Position numbers and translations under genes: made by a program. 64,000 nucleotides of DNA from Malacoraja senta (taxonomy: Eukaryota): NCBI GenBank assembly GCA_038087875.1, contig CM075989.1:4154001-4218000 (forward strand), given 5' to 3'. Below are positions 11,273 through 24,260 of this stretch, piece by piece (the first letter of the stretch is position 1; each line of letters begins with the position of its first letter). The notes under the pieces were generated by a model, which worked only from the letters and a program-made list of their open reading frames with translations, searched no databases and was not told where the DNA came from.

Positions 11273-12987
11273 AAAAGTAACACGGGGTTGTAGGGTTTGA
11301 GCAGGAATAGAGTGTGGCATTTAACTGAGTGAAAACGCAGTGAAACGAAATTTGGCCAGAATGCCCTGAAAATAAATGTATGAGAGAAACGTTTGACAAT
11401 TTCCATGGATTGTATTTACCAATTTCAAAGTGAACCGTAAGAATTATTAAATTGAAAATGTACAGTGACGGTGGCGAGGTTTAGCACAGCCTCCAGTGAT
11501 GTTGGTCCAGCAAAACGAACAACGTATAAAGTAATGCTGGAGTATGTTTAGTTTTGCACCTGGTTGGTATCTCATTCTCCTGCATCCGACGGAAATTCTA
11601 TTGTCTTATTTCAAGCCTCATATTTCTACAGTGCCCAGCCCGAGTTAGGTGTATCCGCTTACAGTCCTGGGCAACACCGGCCAATAATCCACATTCCATT
11701 TCATTGTAAAAGTTTCCTTTTGTTTAATGACAACTTTTAATCTCTAACCCACCGCCAGCGTCTGGCGAGTCGTTAAATATAACGAAATGTCAGCGATTTT
11801 AGGTCTGTTTCGCGTTCGGGATGATCGAAACGTTTCACCGTTTACCCAGAATGTAAATTGCAATAAAACAATTAAAACACAAAAGTTAAAGAAAATTAAA
11901 TTCATAGCACGGCAAAGAGAAAGCATAATACATTAAAAATATATATTTTAAGGCATGTTGGGGAATGAATTAACTGAAAGAATGATATTTTATGGACCAC
12001 ACACTTGTATTAGTAGGAATGAAAACAACGTACACAAAGGCGGTACAGCTAATATTCACTGTTCGATTAATTACCAAGAATTGTTATTAGTTTATTCATT
12101 TTTTAGGGATGAAGTCTGATATTTATCGAATTATTTCATTTCAATATGAGAAATAATAGAATTTAAATTAATATATTTCACCATGAAAATCCTGAACTTC
12201 ATTGAGACTAATTTGTACCTAATTCATTTTTTGGAAGATAAACAAAAATTGTGACATTTTTTAAAATCATGTTACACAAACGTAACATAGGAAATAATCA
12301 TTTAATAACAACTTTTGTAGTGATGTATGAAAATTCTGAAGCATGTTTGTAAACCCTCCGACTGTGAAGATTTAAACCCTCAATTTTAGATCTACTGATG
12401 TAATCCTCCATTTATATGGGACCGAATTTATGTCTCATCTTGTTTGCTGATAACACGGAAATAAACACTGATTTGTATTGATAGTCCGAACTAAACAAGT
12501 AGTTAACTTTCTTAAAGGACCGGGCGTGTGCATTCAGTGCAAACGTGTGGCTTTCAGTAGTAATTCGATTCATTATAGCATCGATACCACCGTCTTCAAA
12601 CTGACCTAACCAATTTAGAGTAATGATGGTAAAAGTTACTTTTAAATATCCGTTAGACTGATCTGAAGGCATTTCTCCTCTCCTGCAAATTAATGCGTTC
12701 GTAAATGAAAGCAGGTCGAACACTTGCGGGTATTTTGCAGGTAACAGTTATTTATTAGCGAGCTGGTTCGAATTCATTCAATTCCCTTTACACTGTGGAG
12801 GAAACTTGGCTCCTATCGCCGTTTAAACTAGACTTGAAATTCACAGCCTCGTTAAAACCTATTCACATATTAAATTTGCGATTTTGTTTTTGTTTGCAAA
12901 ACAGTTTAAAATGTCCTACATTAAGCTGAATAGAGGCAAGGATATTTATTTGCAAAATATATTCAAATCTCGTATATATGTCTATTG

Positions 12988-13152
<165 letters not shown>

Positions 13153-16100
13153 TTGAGTATATATATGTTTTTATTTGGGTGCATGTTTATTTTTGTTTGT
13201 CTATAGACTGCGCCGTGTGCGCAATGTTTGGGCCAGAGGAATATGTATGTATACATGTATTTGAGAGCGCTATTGTTGAACTTTTTTGATGCCAAAACGC
13301 TATAAAAATGTAACGAATGCATTTTAACCTTTTCCAAATTTTAAAACATCACTATGCAATTAATAGATAATTAATTACCGTTGCGGCCACCATTTAGATG
13401 GTAAAGCAGATATATACTAGAGTGTATTAATATTATAAACATGGATCACAATATCTCCTTAAACCACATTCACATATTATAGAGCACACTTTATATACAA
13501 TCACGCACATCTTTCTGTTCCATAAGAATTCAGAATGCTAAATTTGTTTAGAATTCTCCAGACTGGTTTATGAGAAGCTTTCTACTCGGCAAAGGGTAAC
13601 TCTCTTCGAAAGTGACCTTTTGTGCTATGGATAATACTTATTTAATTGATGTAGGAATCGTTGCCTTTATTTTAAACAACTCTCTGAAGCCACGCGCATC
13701 CCCAAAACTAAGCGAAGCTTGAAACCGATTTTTATGTACGCGGCTAAAAATATTTTCATCTCCCCCCCCCCCCCCCCCACCACCCCCACCATCTGTTATT
13801 GTGTCAGAGTATGAATCACTGGCTGTAACGTTACATCAGTCATATTATATAAGAACCCCCGCAAAGCTGAACAGACAAGAGTTCATTTTTTAATGTAATG
13901 TTAGATATATACAGTGTGTTTCTCTGGTTAAATATGTCCCATAGACATCTCCAATCACTTGAGAGCCAACGAGATATAAACTCGTTATATTTTAACACGT
14001 TTATGGAGCCAAACATTTTATCTAATTGAAAATATGAGCAGCGATATTTAGACCAGGGAATAAACAGTTTCAAATATTTTATTCTAATTGCACAATAATA
14101 TTTAAAATCATAAGTCTAGTGACTGATCAAATAAAAATAAAAAATATAGAATCAAATAGGACAACTATTTAGAATTGAATTTTTAAATAAGGATATGGGT
14201 TTGCAATGTTACCTTGTTTACAATGATAGGTTATGTCCCGTTACTTAACATAATCACTGCATCGATATCACGTTCCTAAAACGTTGTTCCAGTTCCCATT
14301 AAGAAACACCATATTCTGTTGCAGGATAACTATTCTCCCTGATTGTGTTGCTTGTTTCTGGTGTCCAACCATCTTGGATCTGCGGATATTTTCCAATTAT
14401 TTAAATAAAACAGGGTTAACTACAAAGGGGGATTCATGTAATTGTATCTGGTGAACGGTCTCAGTATTATGTAACGTGTCCTATTAATTCAATGCACCAT
14501 AATATATTGTAAACTTCAAAATATCCTTCAATTTGAATGGATTTTTAAAACATATTTTTGTATATGTGGTTTGGTCTGAACATCAAGTCGAGGCGTCCGT
14601 TGTACCGATTGTTTCCTCCACTGGGGGTCGCTCGCCTCCATGGTTTTGCATCTCAAATTCAGAAACACGGCGCCTTCTGCTCATTCCTATCTGCAAAGAG
14701 GCAAATTCTGGCTCCATTTTATAATTTTACAACCCCTCCCCCAAACTCACCATATCATTTTAGCATACAATGGAATAAACAAAATCAACGAAAGGGAATG
14801 ATTCGTAAATTTCTGTATTAACACATTAGATTTTTTAAATTTTACCAACACATACAAATAGGCACAAATGCCCAAAATTTACTCTGCTTTATTTTTCGAT
14901 CATTGTAAAATATTATTTGTTGAAGATCAAAGTCCGCACCGTCGCAAATGTGCGGCGTAATAAAAAAGTTTGGCGGGTGCGCTGACATGTTTAATGTGAA
15001 AACAAATCTGCAAAGAAAACGCGTGTTTATGTGAAAATAGCCAGTTTATTGAAAGAATATTTTTTTAATGCATTTAGCAACTCCCTTCGACCAGTGGGTT
15101 TAATATTTGATTGGATGTCCGAGTGAAGTTTTTGTAAATTGTTGCAAGTTTTATTAACCCGTTGTAAACTACGATTAAAAACGATTTGTGTTTTTTATTG
15201 CAATAACGCCAAACTGCTCTACTTGTGAACCAAACTTAATTCGATAATAGGCAGAACTATCTATCTCCAAAATAACAGCAAGGAAACAGAAATATTTCCT
15301 GTGTTTTCATTCATGAGGTTTTTGCTTTGTATTATAAAATGCATTTTCTCCGGGAGTAACTAGTCCGGATTTTTTGCTCCACTTTGACTTCCATTCCTGG
15401 GCCTCATTTGAACGAAACATAACCCTAGCTGTTGTTTGTACAATTCCCTCCTAATCCAACGCGCACTTTGTCTTATTGAGGCTTTTATTCAATATTTTCC
15501 CATACCTTCCGAAAACACCACGAATTCCTACGTATCTTTTTACAATAAGAACGTCTGATATATTTTGTCAAGCAAGGCAAAGTTGAAACTCTTCACTTCA
15601 TTTTAAAAGAGGAAATATTGAAAATCCCTAAATGTCAAAGCGTTGGTCGTTGGGGGATAACGTTTCAGGGAATTAAAATGAAGAAAGCAAACTTGGGATA
15701 AAGCACTTCATCATTTAAACTTAACAAGTTTGTAATTAAGAGCTACAACAATGGTAATAGAGACTGTTTATAGGACCTTAAATAACACAATGTAAACAAA
15801 ACGAGCGGACTCCCATTCATCTTTAAAGATTCCACACTAGTAGAGGCACAAAGCAGAGGACAGGGTCAAGGGTCCTATTATAACCATTTAACCGCTGCCC
15901 CTCGCACAGAGAACTGAATTCGCCCTTTGCCATCAGGGCACGAGGAAGTGGTATGTTTCTCTGTACGCGGGACGGTAGGATGGGACCGAAGGACAAGAGA
16001 CCTTTCTGCAATATAAATGAAAATAAAGGGAATTGTGAAGTCCAAACGATATTATGAATGGAAACGAGCAAGCGGGTTCCGTGTAATGGAAAGAATTTTC

Positions 16101-17399
16101 ACAGCAAACGGGCAGTGCGAAATATTGCCACTTCTACAAACACTTCGTAAAAAACAATGATTCCAGAGAAGTAATGTCAGTATCAGTGGTTCACCATAAA
16201 ATCTATGCTTGAACGAAAGTACCAAGATCGTTCTAGGCCCGTGTTTAATCCTAAAGGTGATGTTAGTGCCCAAGAAATGTACAATAAATTTTAAATTCTA
16301 CCTTAAATAAAATCCCAACCGGTTAGTTTAACGTGGCCGGTTTATTTTTTCGGGAATCTTATTAAATCATTTACTCAGTAGCAACGTGAATTTCAAAGAA
16401 ACGTCTAACATAACTGACCTGTTTTTATAAATGTGTATTCAAAAAAATTCGGATTTACCATTGGGAAATATTTTTATTTGCTATAAAGTGATGGACATTT
16501 TATAAAGGGTAAGAATAAAGTCAAGATTAACACAAATCTTTGCTGAAAACATCTAATTGTTCATAATAAATACGGCTTAAATATTATTTAAAGTTTTAGG
16601 GCTATGCATTTCAAAACAATGTAATTAAACATCTGATTCTCGATGATAATATGCAGAGGCAAAAATTCTCAACTGTTTTAAGGTTTGCACATCGAGTCGG
16701 GGTTGCCTACTTAAAACATGCTTTCAGCGCCTTTCAGTTCGTGGCGAACGTAAACATCTTTCCACTTTAAACTTATAATCTTAAAGTCCACGATGGCCGA
16801 AGACAGATGACAAACTTCTGGGATAAATTCGCGATTCACCTTGCTGGCTAAAAAAAAAATGGAATCGGAAGGATTAGCAGAGCGGACACAGGGCGCAATA
16901 AGCCATTTACATGCAACATATGGTAGGGAAACAACAGAGAATTGTTTAACGGCTTAAATCCCAATGTCCAAGTTCCGAGATGTTAAATATTCAAAAGCGC
17001 CGGACCTTGCTTTTTGTGTTGGTTCTGTCTGACTTGCAGGAAATGGGACATTCACGTACATCTGAGCGGCTCGTAGTGTGGGAATCTTATAATATGGTGA
17101 GTTTGCAAAAGTACAGTCCTTAAAAAAAAATCTGTATGTGCTCTCGGGTTATTTGTATTTGGAACTAGTTTGGGCCTCGGAGTGGGTGGCCACACACTGG
17201 ATAAACTGAGCTAAACCGAGTCTTGGCATAGTGTTAAAAACATTGAGTCTGCTTTCTGATGGATAATCTTCAGATCCCAAACCGCTCGCACTATATGACT
17301 AGCACAGGGCCGAGAATAACAAGATAAATACACAGATACACACTCTTGCGTACAACCCAAGGAGACAAATATTTAATGTTATACTCTTGCTAATGTATA

Positions 17400-18196
17400 C
17401 AGTACAACTCCGGCTCACCAACACGAGGGGCTTGGAATTCGGTCTTTGTAAGCCCCCCGTGTCTTTGTAAGCCCCACGTAGAACCATTTTTTAAATCAGA
17501 AGTCACGGAGAGAGGGGCGCTCACAAGGCGTGTACTTCGGGGAAATAATCCAGAAGCAGTGCGGGGTTGAAGAAATGTTTTCGACTGCATTTTATTTTGT
17601 TTTCTTCTGTGCGCGTTTTAAATATGCATTTGTGTACAATTATATTCAGTCTCGGCTGAGCAGCGCGGAATCAGGCTTTCTCGCTGTGGTCTTAGCGAGT
17701 TGGAATTTACGCCATGTCCATATAAGGGGATATATATTTCGACTTTGTAGAAAAAATAAAAGTGATAAGATTCGAGTTTATTTTCAATGAGAACCCCTGT
17801 GCGGCGTTTACGGCGTACGTACATTGCACGTTGGTTCAACATCCCTTCTGAAGTGTTGGACTCCCCGGTTTATGGTTAAAGCATTAAACATTGAAATGTA
17901 TTTAATATATTATATATATTCTCGCCGGTCGCCGTTGCAATCGGCGCACGAGGTGGTTTGGAATAAGTGCGCAGAATTCAGGGTAGAGGCAAGTGGTTGG
18001 TGCTCTTTGTAGGTGACGTATGGACGACGTGGGTAGGTTTTGCCCCCCAAGTGACACATCCAGAAATGCCTGTGTGACATCTCCTGTCCTTCCTCGACGC
18101 TCATCATTCTCTCGCCAACCCCGTTTCCGAACAGGAGCCCGTGGAGAGATCGAGGGAGCGAGGGAGAGAAAGAGAGAGGGAGGGTGTGTGTGAGAC

Positions 18197-18229
<33 letters not shown>

Positions 18230-18449
18230 GAGAGAGAGTGAGAGGGAGAGAGAGAGAGAAGGGGAACGAGCAGAAAAAAGGGTGATAAGACTCCCTCTGA
18301 AGTAGCGCACCTCCCCCCTCCGAGAGAAGGACACGGAACGGGCGACAACTCCCACTCGCCGCAGACTGGATTGGAATGTAGGAGACGGCAGCCCAAGGTA
18401 ACTGAAGCTCCCCTGTAACGTTGCGAGAGAATCCAAAACGCGCAACACC

Positions 18450-18450
<1 letters not shown>
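17400..18450 (+). promoter_or_regulatory. CpG-rich candidate promoter / first exon of the miR-9 host transcript
   Basis: High CpG density, perfect CArG box CCATATAAGG (17718-17727), GA-rich tract 18168-18260, donor-like AAG|GTAACT at 18397/18398. Confidence 0.45.
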
Positions 18451-18497
<47 letters not shown>

Positions 18498-18671
18498 CAC
18501 ACACCCACACACACAGACACACACACACCCGCAACCACCCACACCCACACATACACACACACATACATACACACACACACACACACATATATATATACAC
18601 ACACAGAAACACACATACACACGCACCCACACACAGACACACACCCACACACAGACACACACCCACACACA

Positions 18672-18718
<47 letters not shown>

Positions 18719-18812
18719 CCGCAAGCACACACACCCACACACACACACACCCACACACACACACCCACACACATACATACACCCACACACACCCACAAAC
18801 TTATACACACAC
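18448..18812. repeat. (CA)/(TA) compound microsatellite
   Basis: Direct reading. Confidence 0.95.
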
Positions 18813-19741
18813 AGTTAATTGGACCTGCGACGGGTCGAGTGAAAATGGTCAGATTGCAGATTCACCCACGCCCGAGAACTTGGTTGGAACTAAGATTATT
18901 AAACCCCCCGAAAAATCAATTTAAAATGTTCCTTTAAATTACTAAACTTGTTTTTCTCCGAAGGAGCAGCGCACCTGATATAAGGGTGTCCAATTAACCG
19001 CGGTTGTTTTAATATCGTGGAATTTTATACAAAAAATCTGCGCGTTTTCACTTGCAGACCGGACATAAATCATTTTGTTCGGCGGAGTGTGCGGAACGCC
19101 TTGATGTCCGAGTTTATTGAAACGCTGCTAAAAATGAAGTCTTTGGTTTGGACGGCGGACAATGGGTACCCCCGATGTGATGGGAACAAAGAATTTGGAT
19201 GTTGTTGAGTTTCAGGACACGTACGCCAGCTTCGGTGGCGAAGGCAAGAGAAGGAAAAAAATGCAATTGAGCAGCTCCAGCTCCTCCAATCTAGCGTGTG
19301 AGAAAATGTTGAGGCTAAAGTTGGTTTGGCGTGGTTATTTCAGGAGTAATGAAGCAAATGTAATTCAATAGGAAGCGCGGGATTGGTGATAAGCGAACTG
19401 CGCAAGCCGGACTCTGGAATTAATTGGGAAAAATTAACTCTCGGGAAACTTATTGTCTTAAGAATTGTTGGAAACTAAAATATATAAAGGAACAATTTGG
19501 TGGGATTGAGTATAATTACATATTATTTTGGTATTAATCTGGTTTTCATTATTTTTGATTCACATTATATACATGATTTTTCCTAAAATATAATTCGCAT
19601 GATTTAAAAGTCCTTCTATCCAATATAAGACATAACATTGGATTTTATTGACCTATTTACAATATTATTGGATTTTCAAGCGAATTTATTTTTATAAAAT
19701 ATGTAAAGGATCTAAATCAAGGATCAATTTCGCAATGTCAG

Positions 19742-19825
19742 AATATATATATATATATATAAAATATAACACAATGTATATATTATATATATATGTATAT
19801 ATAATATATATATAGAGAGAGATAC

Positions 19826-19868
<43 letters not shown>

Positions 19869-19873
19869 GTAGG

Positions 19874-19937
<64 letters not shown>

Positions 19938-19940
19938 GAG
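19742..19940. repeat. (TA)n plus (GATA)n microsatellite
   Basis: GATA tetramer run ~19827-19935. Confidence 0.95.
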
Positions 19941-20019
19941 AAAGATGCAGAGACGTATGCAGAGATCGATAGAGATATAAAAGATGTGTTGATAGATAGA
20001 GATATAAAGAAAGATAGGT

Positions 20020-21592
20020 GATAGGGCGGGGGAGGGGAGAGCAAGAGAGAGAGAGAGGGGGGGGGGCGTGGAGGCGGAGAAAACGAGCGAGCGAGAGCGA
20101 GAGAGAGATGCTGAAATGAGCAGAGACGGTGGGATGGCGGGTGATAATGAACTTGAGCTGTCGTCTATCAGATTGATGGCCTCTCCTGCTGTCAAGTTCA
20201 TGCGGCGGTCTCTTCCCCGCTGCTTCTGCCCGTTTGTGGGCCACGGGAGGCGGCAACCTTGCGCCCTGGCAACACATCCCAGACGAGGGCGAGAGACTTT
20301 TGTCTTCCCATTCAGGCTGAGCGGGGTCTAGACCCGTCACCACATTACAAAGTACAATTAAACACAAAATAAAAAGTTTAGAGGAGGGCTCGATTTTCCC
20401 ACTCGCCATAGCTCAGATTGTATTCAACTTATTGAGTTGTAAGACCCGGGAAGTAAGACATTGACATTAACCAAGTAATTTATGCTGTCGGGTTCAACAA
20501 ACACCTGAAACATCACGCATTTGATTTCGAAGTGGAACACATTTTAATCACATTTTTGCGAGGAAAGATGGTGATTTGTAAGCGTTGGCTTTGAAAAAAA
20601 ATTGCCGGTAAGGGAGGAGGGAAAATATGAAATTGTTTAAAACAGGCAGAGAAAAATCCGATGCCATTTGTGAAAGCGGTGAATACGTAGACCAGCCCGC
20701 GTTGTGTGAGTTGTAGCGAGCCGGTAGCTGTCTGTTGTGTAGAGAACGTTAGCTGAACTTAATTGGAGGGGGTGGGGGGGGGGGGGGGGGGGTTCCGGGG
20801 TGAAATGAGCTGAGAGATGTGATGGGAACAGTTGCTGGCTGAAGGTGATCTTGAAGGGGACGGCTTTGGTGGGGGAGTCAATGGCGTTGCGTGGGGATGG
20901 CGCTTCCAAGCCCCCACCTCTTGGAACAAGTGGCGGTGGTTGAGATGTGTGGGTTAGTGCTGGGGCTGACGTCAGCGCGGGTCTGCGCAGGAGGAAGGTT
21001 GGAGATTGGAGAGATTTGGAGAGACGCGGCCACAGAGTCTTCAGACGCAGAGCGAGCGGCTGATCTCACGTCGGCGGGTAGGTACTGGTCAGGAGGGACG
21101 AAGACAGCAGCTCCCCGCCGTTCTCTCTCCCCCCCCCCCCACCTCCCCCTCCATCCCACTCCCCCACCGCCCACCCCTCTCCGATCGCCGGCATTCGAGA
21201 TGCAACCTCCAGGATCCTTCCAGGAGTGGGATCGGTATCTTGGGAGCGACCATTTGCCGGCGCAATGCTCGCTGCTTCGCCGCCGCCGACGACGACTCTC
21301 CTTCCATCTCGCCGGCTCCTCCGCGCGAAAATCCTCCATGCGCTTTCTGCCTAAAGTTTATGGGATGAATCAGAGCTCAAGAAGGGGGAGCGACCTCGCA
21401 TCACGCAGGCAGGTTTAAAGTTAGAGCCGCGACTGAACATGTGTCGGCGTTCTAGGCCGTGGAAGCGGCGTTAAACTTGGTGGGTATTGTATGACCCATC
21501 CCGGCTCATTATCCATGGTAACTAGGCTGCCGTGAGGCACCTATTCATTGTTTCGCTCCCATCCCTCCCTCCCCTCATCTCTGACTGAGAGT

Positions 21593-21623
<31 letters not shown>

Positions 21624-21700
21624 GGGGGGGCAAGGCCACAGTCATCAGCGCTGCTCTATTCTTCTCGGCGCTGACGCCGCAGTTCACTGCCAAGTGTATG
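20020..21700 (+). promoter_or_regulatory. CpG island / candidate promoter of the miR-9 host transcript
   Basis: GC- and CpG-rich. Palindromic CRE GCTGACGTCAGC at 20965-20976; RFX half-sites (CCCTGGCAAC ~20264-20273, CCATGGTAAC ~21513-21522); SOX-type CATTGTT ~21546-21552; poly-G tracts. Confidence 0.55.
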
Positions 21701-23694
21701 CAGAGGATGGGAAGGTAGTGACTTTCTTTAGCCGGACCTCCTCATCTCCACCCCCTCGCTCATTCTCCACCCCCACCCACCACTCACCAGCAGCCCAACC
21801 CCCCCTTCCCACAAAACATTATTGTGGCAATTATAAGAAACGGACAGACCTCATGATTACAACTTAGCCATCGCCGTTGATGCCAGCCCTCCTTCGTAAT
21901 TCCGAAAAGGAAATTCGCATTAACAAGGCCAATGTATTCTTGGATGGCATTCGGCTGAAGCCAAATAAATATAGGTACAGTTTTATCTATGTAATCGCGA
22001 GCCTTGGGGATCATTGCGATATTGGTTTCGGTTGGATTTAAGGTTTGGAATTAAGCCATGTTGGATTATTTCGCGGTGTGAGTTATATTCGGACCTTACT
22101 TGACTGAGTGTCAATGTTAGTTTGTTCTGTGTTACCCCTCCCTCTCCCCCCAGTTTGTTATATTTTAATTTCAGCTCAATTGTTTGAAGTGGTCGAACCT
22201 TTCCTTTGCGTTTTACTTCTTAAAAAAAAAAATTGTAATTGCTGATAGAAATCAAACCTTATATCAATAGAAATTTTCTTCGGCCTTCGTTTTTTTTCTG
22301 ACACCATTTGATTTGAACGTACAGAAGAATAATTGTAGTTAGTTGGAACGGAGCAGACACGTTGAGAGTTATAAACTGCTTACATTTCAGTCAGGTTAGG
22401 CCGTTGGGAGTAAACTGGCTCCGTTAGTATCTGCTATAAATAATGGAGAAATGCCACATTATCACAATCCTGACTGGCACCACCATTTTTGAGCCAATTT
22501 CTGATAAGCCTTCCGTGTATGTTGTAGTCGCTTTCTGCCGGGGATGCAGGCATTACAGTAATTACAAGAGGAATATTGTAGGGCATTAAAATGCATAGGT
22601 TACTCGAGGTTTTACTGGAAATAATTATAAAGAAAGTACGTCAGACGTAATGTACGTACACTTGGAACCGTGTTTGCTTCACAACGTCATTATTTAATTC
22701 TGCTGTGAACTGATTATCTCTCGCTTGATGTGTTTATACATTTGAAACATTCATTGGCGAATTCATACTGTGCGATGCTTGGAATTAGCAGGGTTTTAAT
22801 GCAAACTTTTGTTGGGGGGCAAAAGCGAATCCTGATCTCTGCTAAGGGTTGTTGTAAATAAACCTCCCCGGGTAAAGATTTTAAAAAAAAGAAATATGTT
22901 AAGTTGAGGTAGAGTGCAATATATCTCTTTAAGCTATCTGTCCATCCATTGCATTATTACATGGAATGTGCAACGCGCACGCAAATCGCTCGGGAGGTAT
23001 TCCTCATCTTTAAACGCACCACAGAGGCCTATAATATCAACTGCTCAGGACGTATGGATTTTGTGTTAAGGTAGAATGGTTAATACCCACCCAGGCTAAT
23101 TGGAAATAGGGTTTGCTTATAGGAATGGGACCATTTACAGCAAGCACTGCAACCAGCGCTCTTGGTTCAGATAACGAGAGAGGGAGAGCCTGCGTTTGCA
23201 TTTCTCCATTCCTAAGAATCAAGTAGCAACCACAATCTGCTTCGACGCTGAAAATGATTTACATTATTTTTTCCAAAGATGGAACTGAGCAAAATCACCC
23301 CGCGCTGCGGTAGTTGGTGTCAATCTTAAGAAGATGTCAATCGTCCTGACATTTAACCCCGTAGAACGTTAATCCCTTTAACACCTGACATCGTGTAACA
23401 TGACACAAGTATTCTTTATCAAACAGTTCTTTTTTCGAGGGGCGGGGGCATATACTTCTACAGACCACTCCATGTGCACAGGGCATAACTATATAATATA
23501 TATCTGCAACAAAATATGAATAGATGATATATATGTAATAGAATATGAACACGGTTGAGTGTTTCTCTATGCAGTCCCTCATTCGAATTGCACCTCCACG
23601 CACATATGCAACCATATATATCTGCAAAAATTATGTACCTTCCACACACAAATACCTATACATATAACTGCAGCTTATTATGGCAAGTGTGCAC

Positions 23695-23878
<184 letters not shown>

Positions 23879-24100
23879 GGCAGAAGTTATCTGGATTATC
23901 ATTAAACGATGCACCCACTTTGTATGGGACATATTTTCACCCTAAATGTAAATTTAAGGGGTTCTCAAAATTTATCAAACAATAACATTCTTCCAATTAT
24001 GAAAAAATAAATTCCACTACATTTAATTGGTGCAGTGCCTGCCTTTTTGTAGAGTATTTAGTGACGTGATATTGTCCTTTAGATACTGTTATTAAAGGAG

Positions 24101-24260
24101 GACTTGCATTTATATGGCGCCTTTAATGATATCACAAACACTCCAAAGCATATTGTGGCCATTGAGGTACTTTTGAAGAGTGTTCACGATGATATTGGAC
24201 CCAATATTGATATAATAAAACATCTCATTATCTGGACAAGGGTGTTCTTGATTTGACACC
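24101..24260 (-). mobile_element. Ancient SacSINE1/DeuSINE-like 3' relic
   Basis: GACTTGCATTTATATGGCGCCTTT...CCAAAGC...GGCCATTGAGGTACTTTTGAAG resembles the reversed 3' tail of shark Deu-type SINEs. Confidence 0.5.

Noticed and set aside
20891..21418. 175-aa ORF and overlapping ORFs in the CpG island
   Set aside because: No recognisable domain; long ORFs on both strands are expected in GC-rich DNA. A micropeptide cannot be excluded without Ribo-seq or PhyloCSF.
21645..21675. Possible REST/RE1 site (minus strand TCAGCGCC...AGCAGCGC); also a half-site at ~34325-34333
   Set aside because: miR-9 loci are known REST targets, but neither candidate has the GGACAG half at a valid spacing. I found no convincing RE1 by eye.
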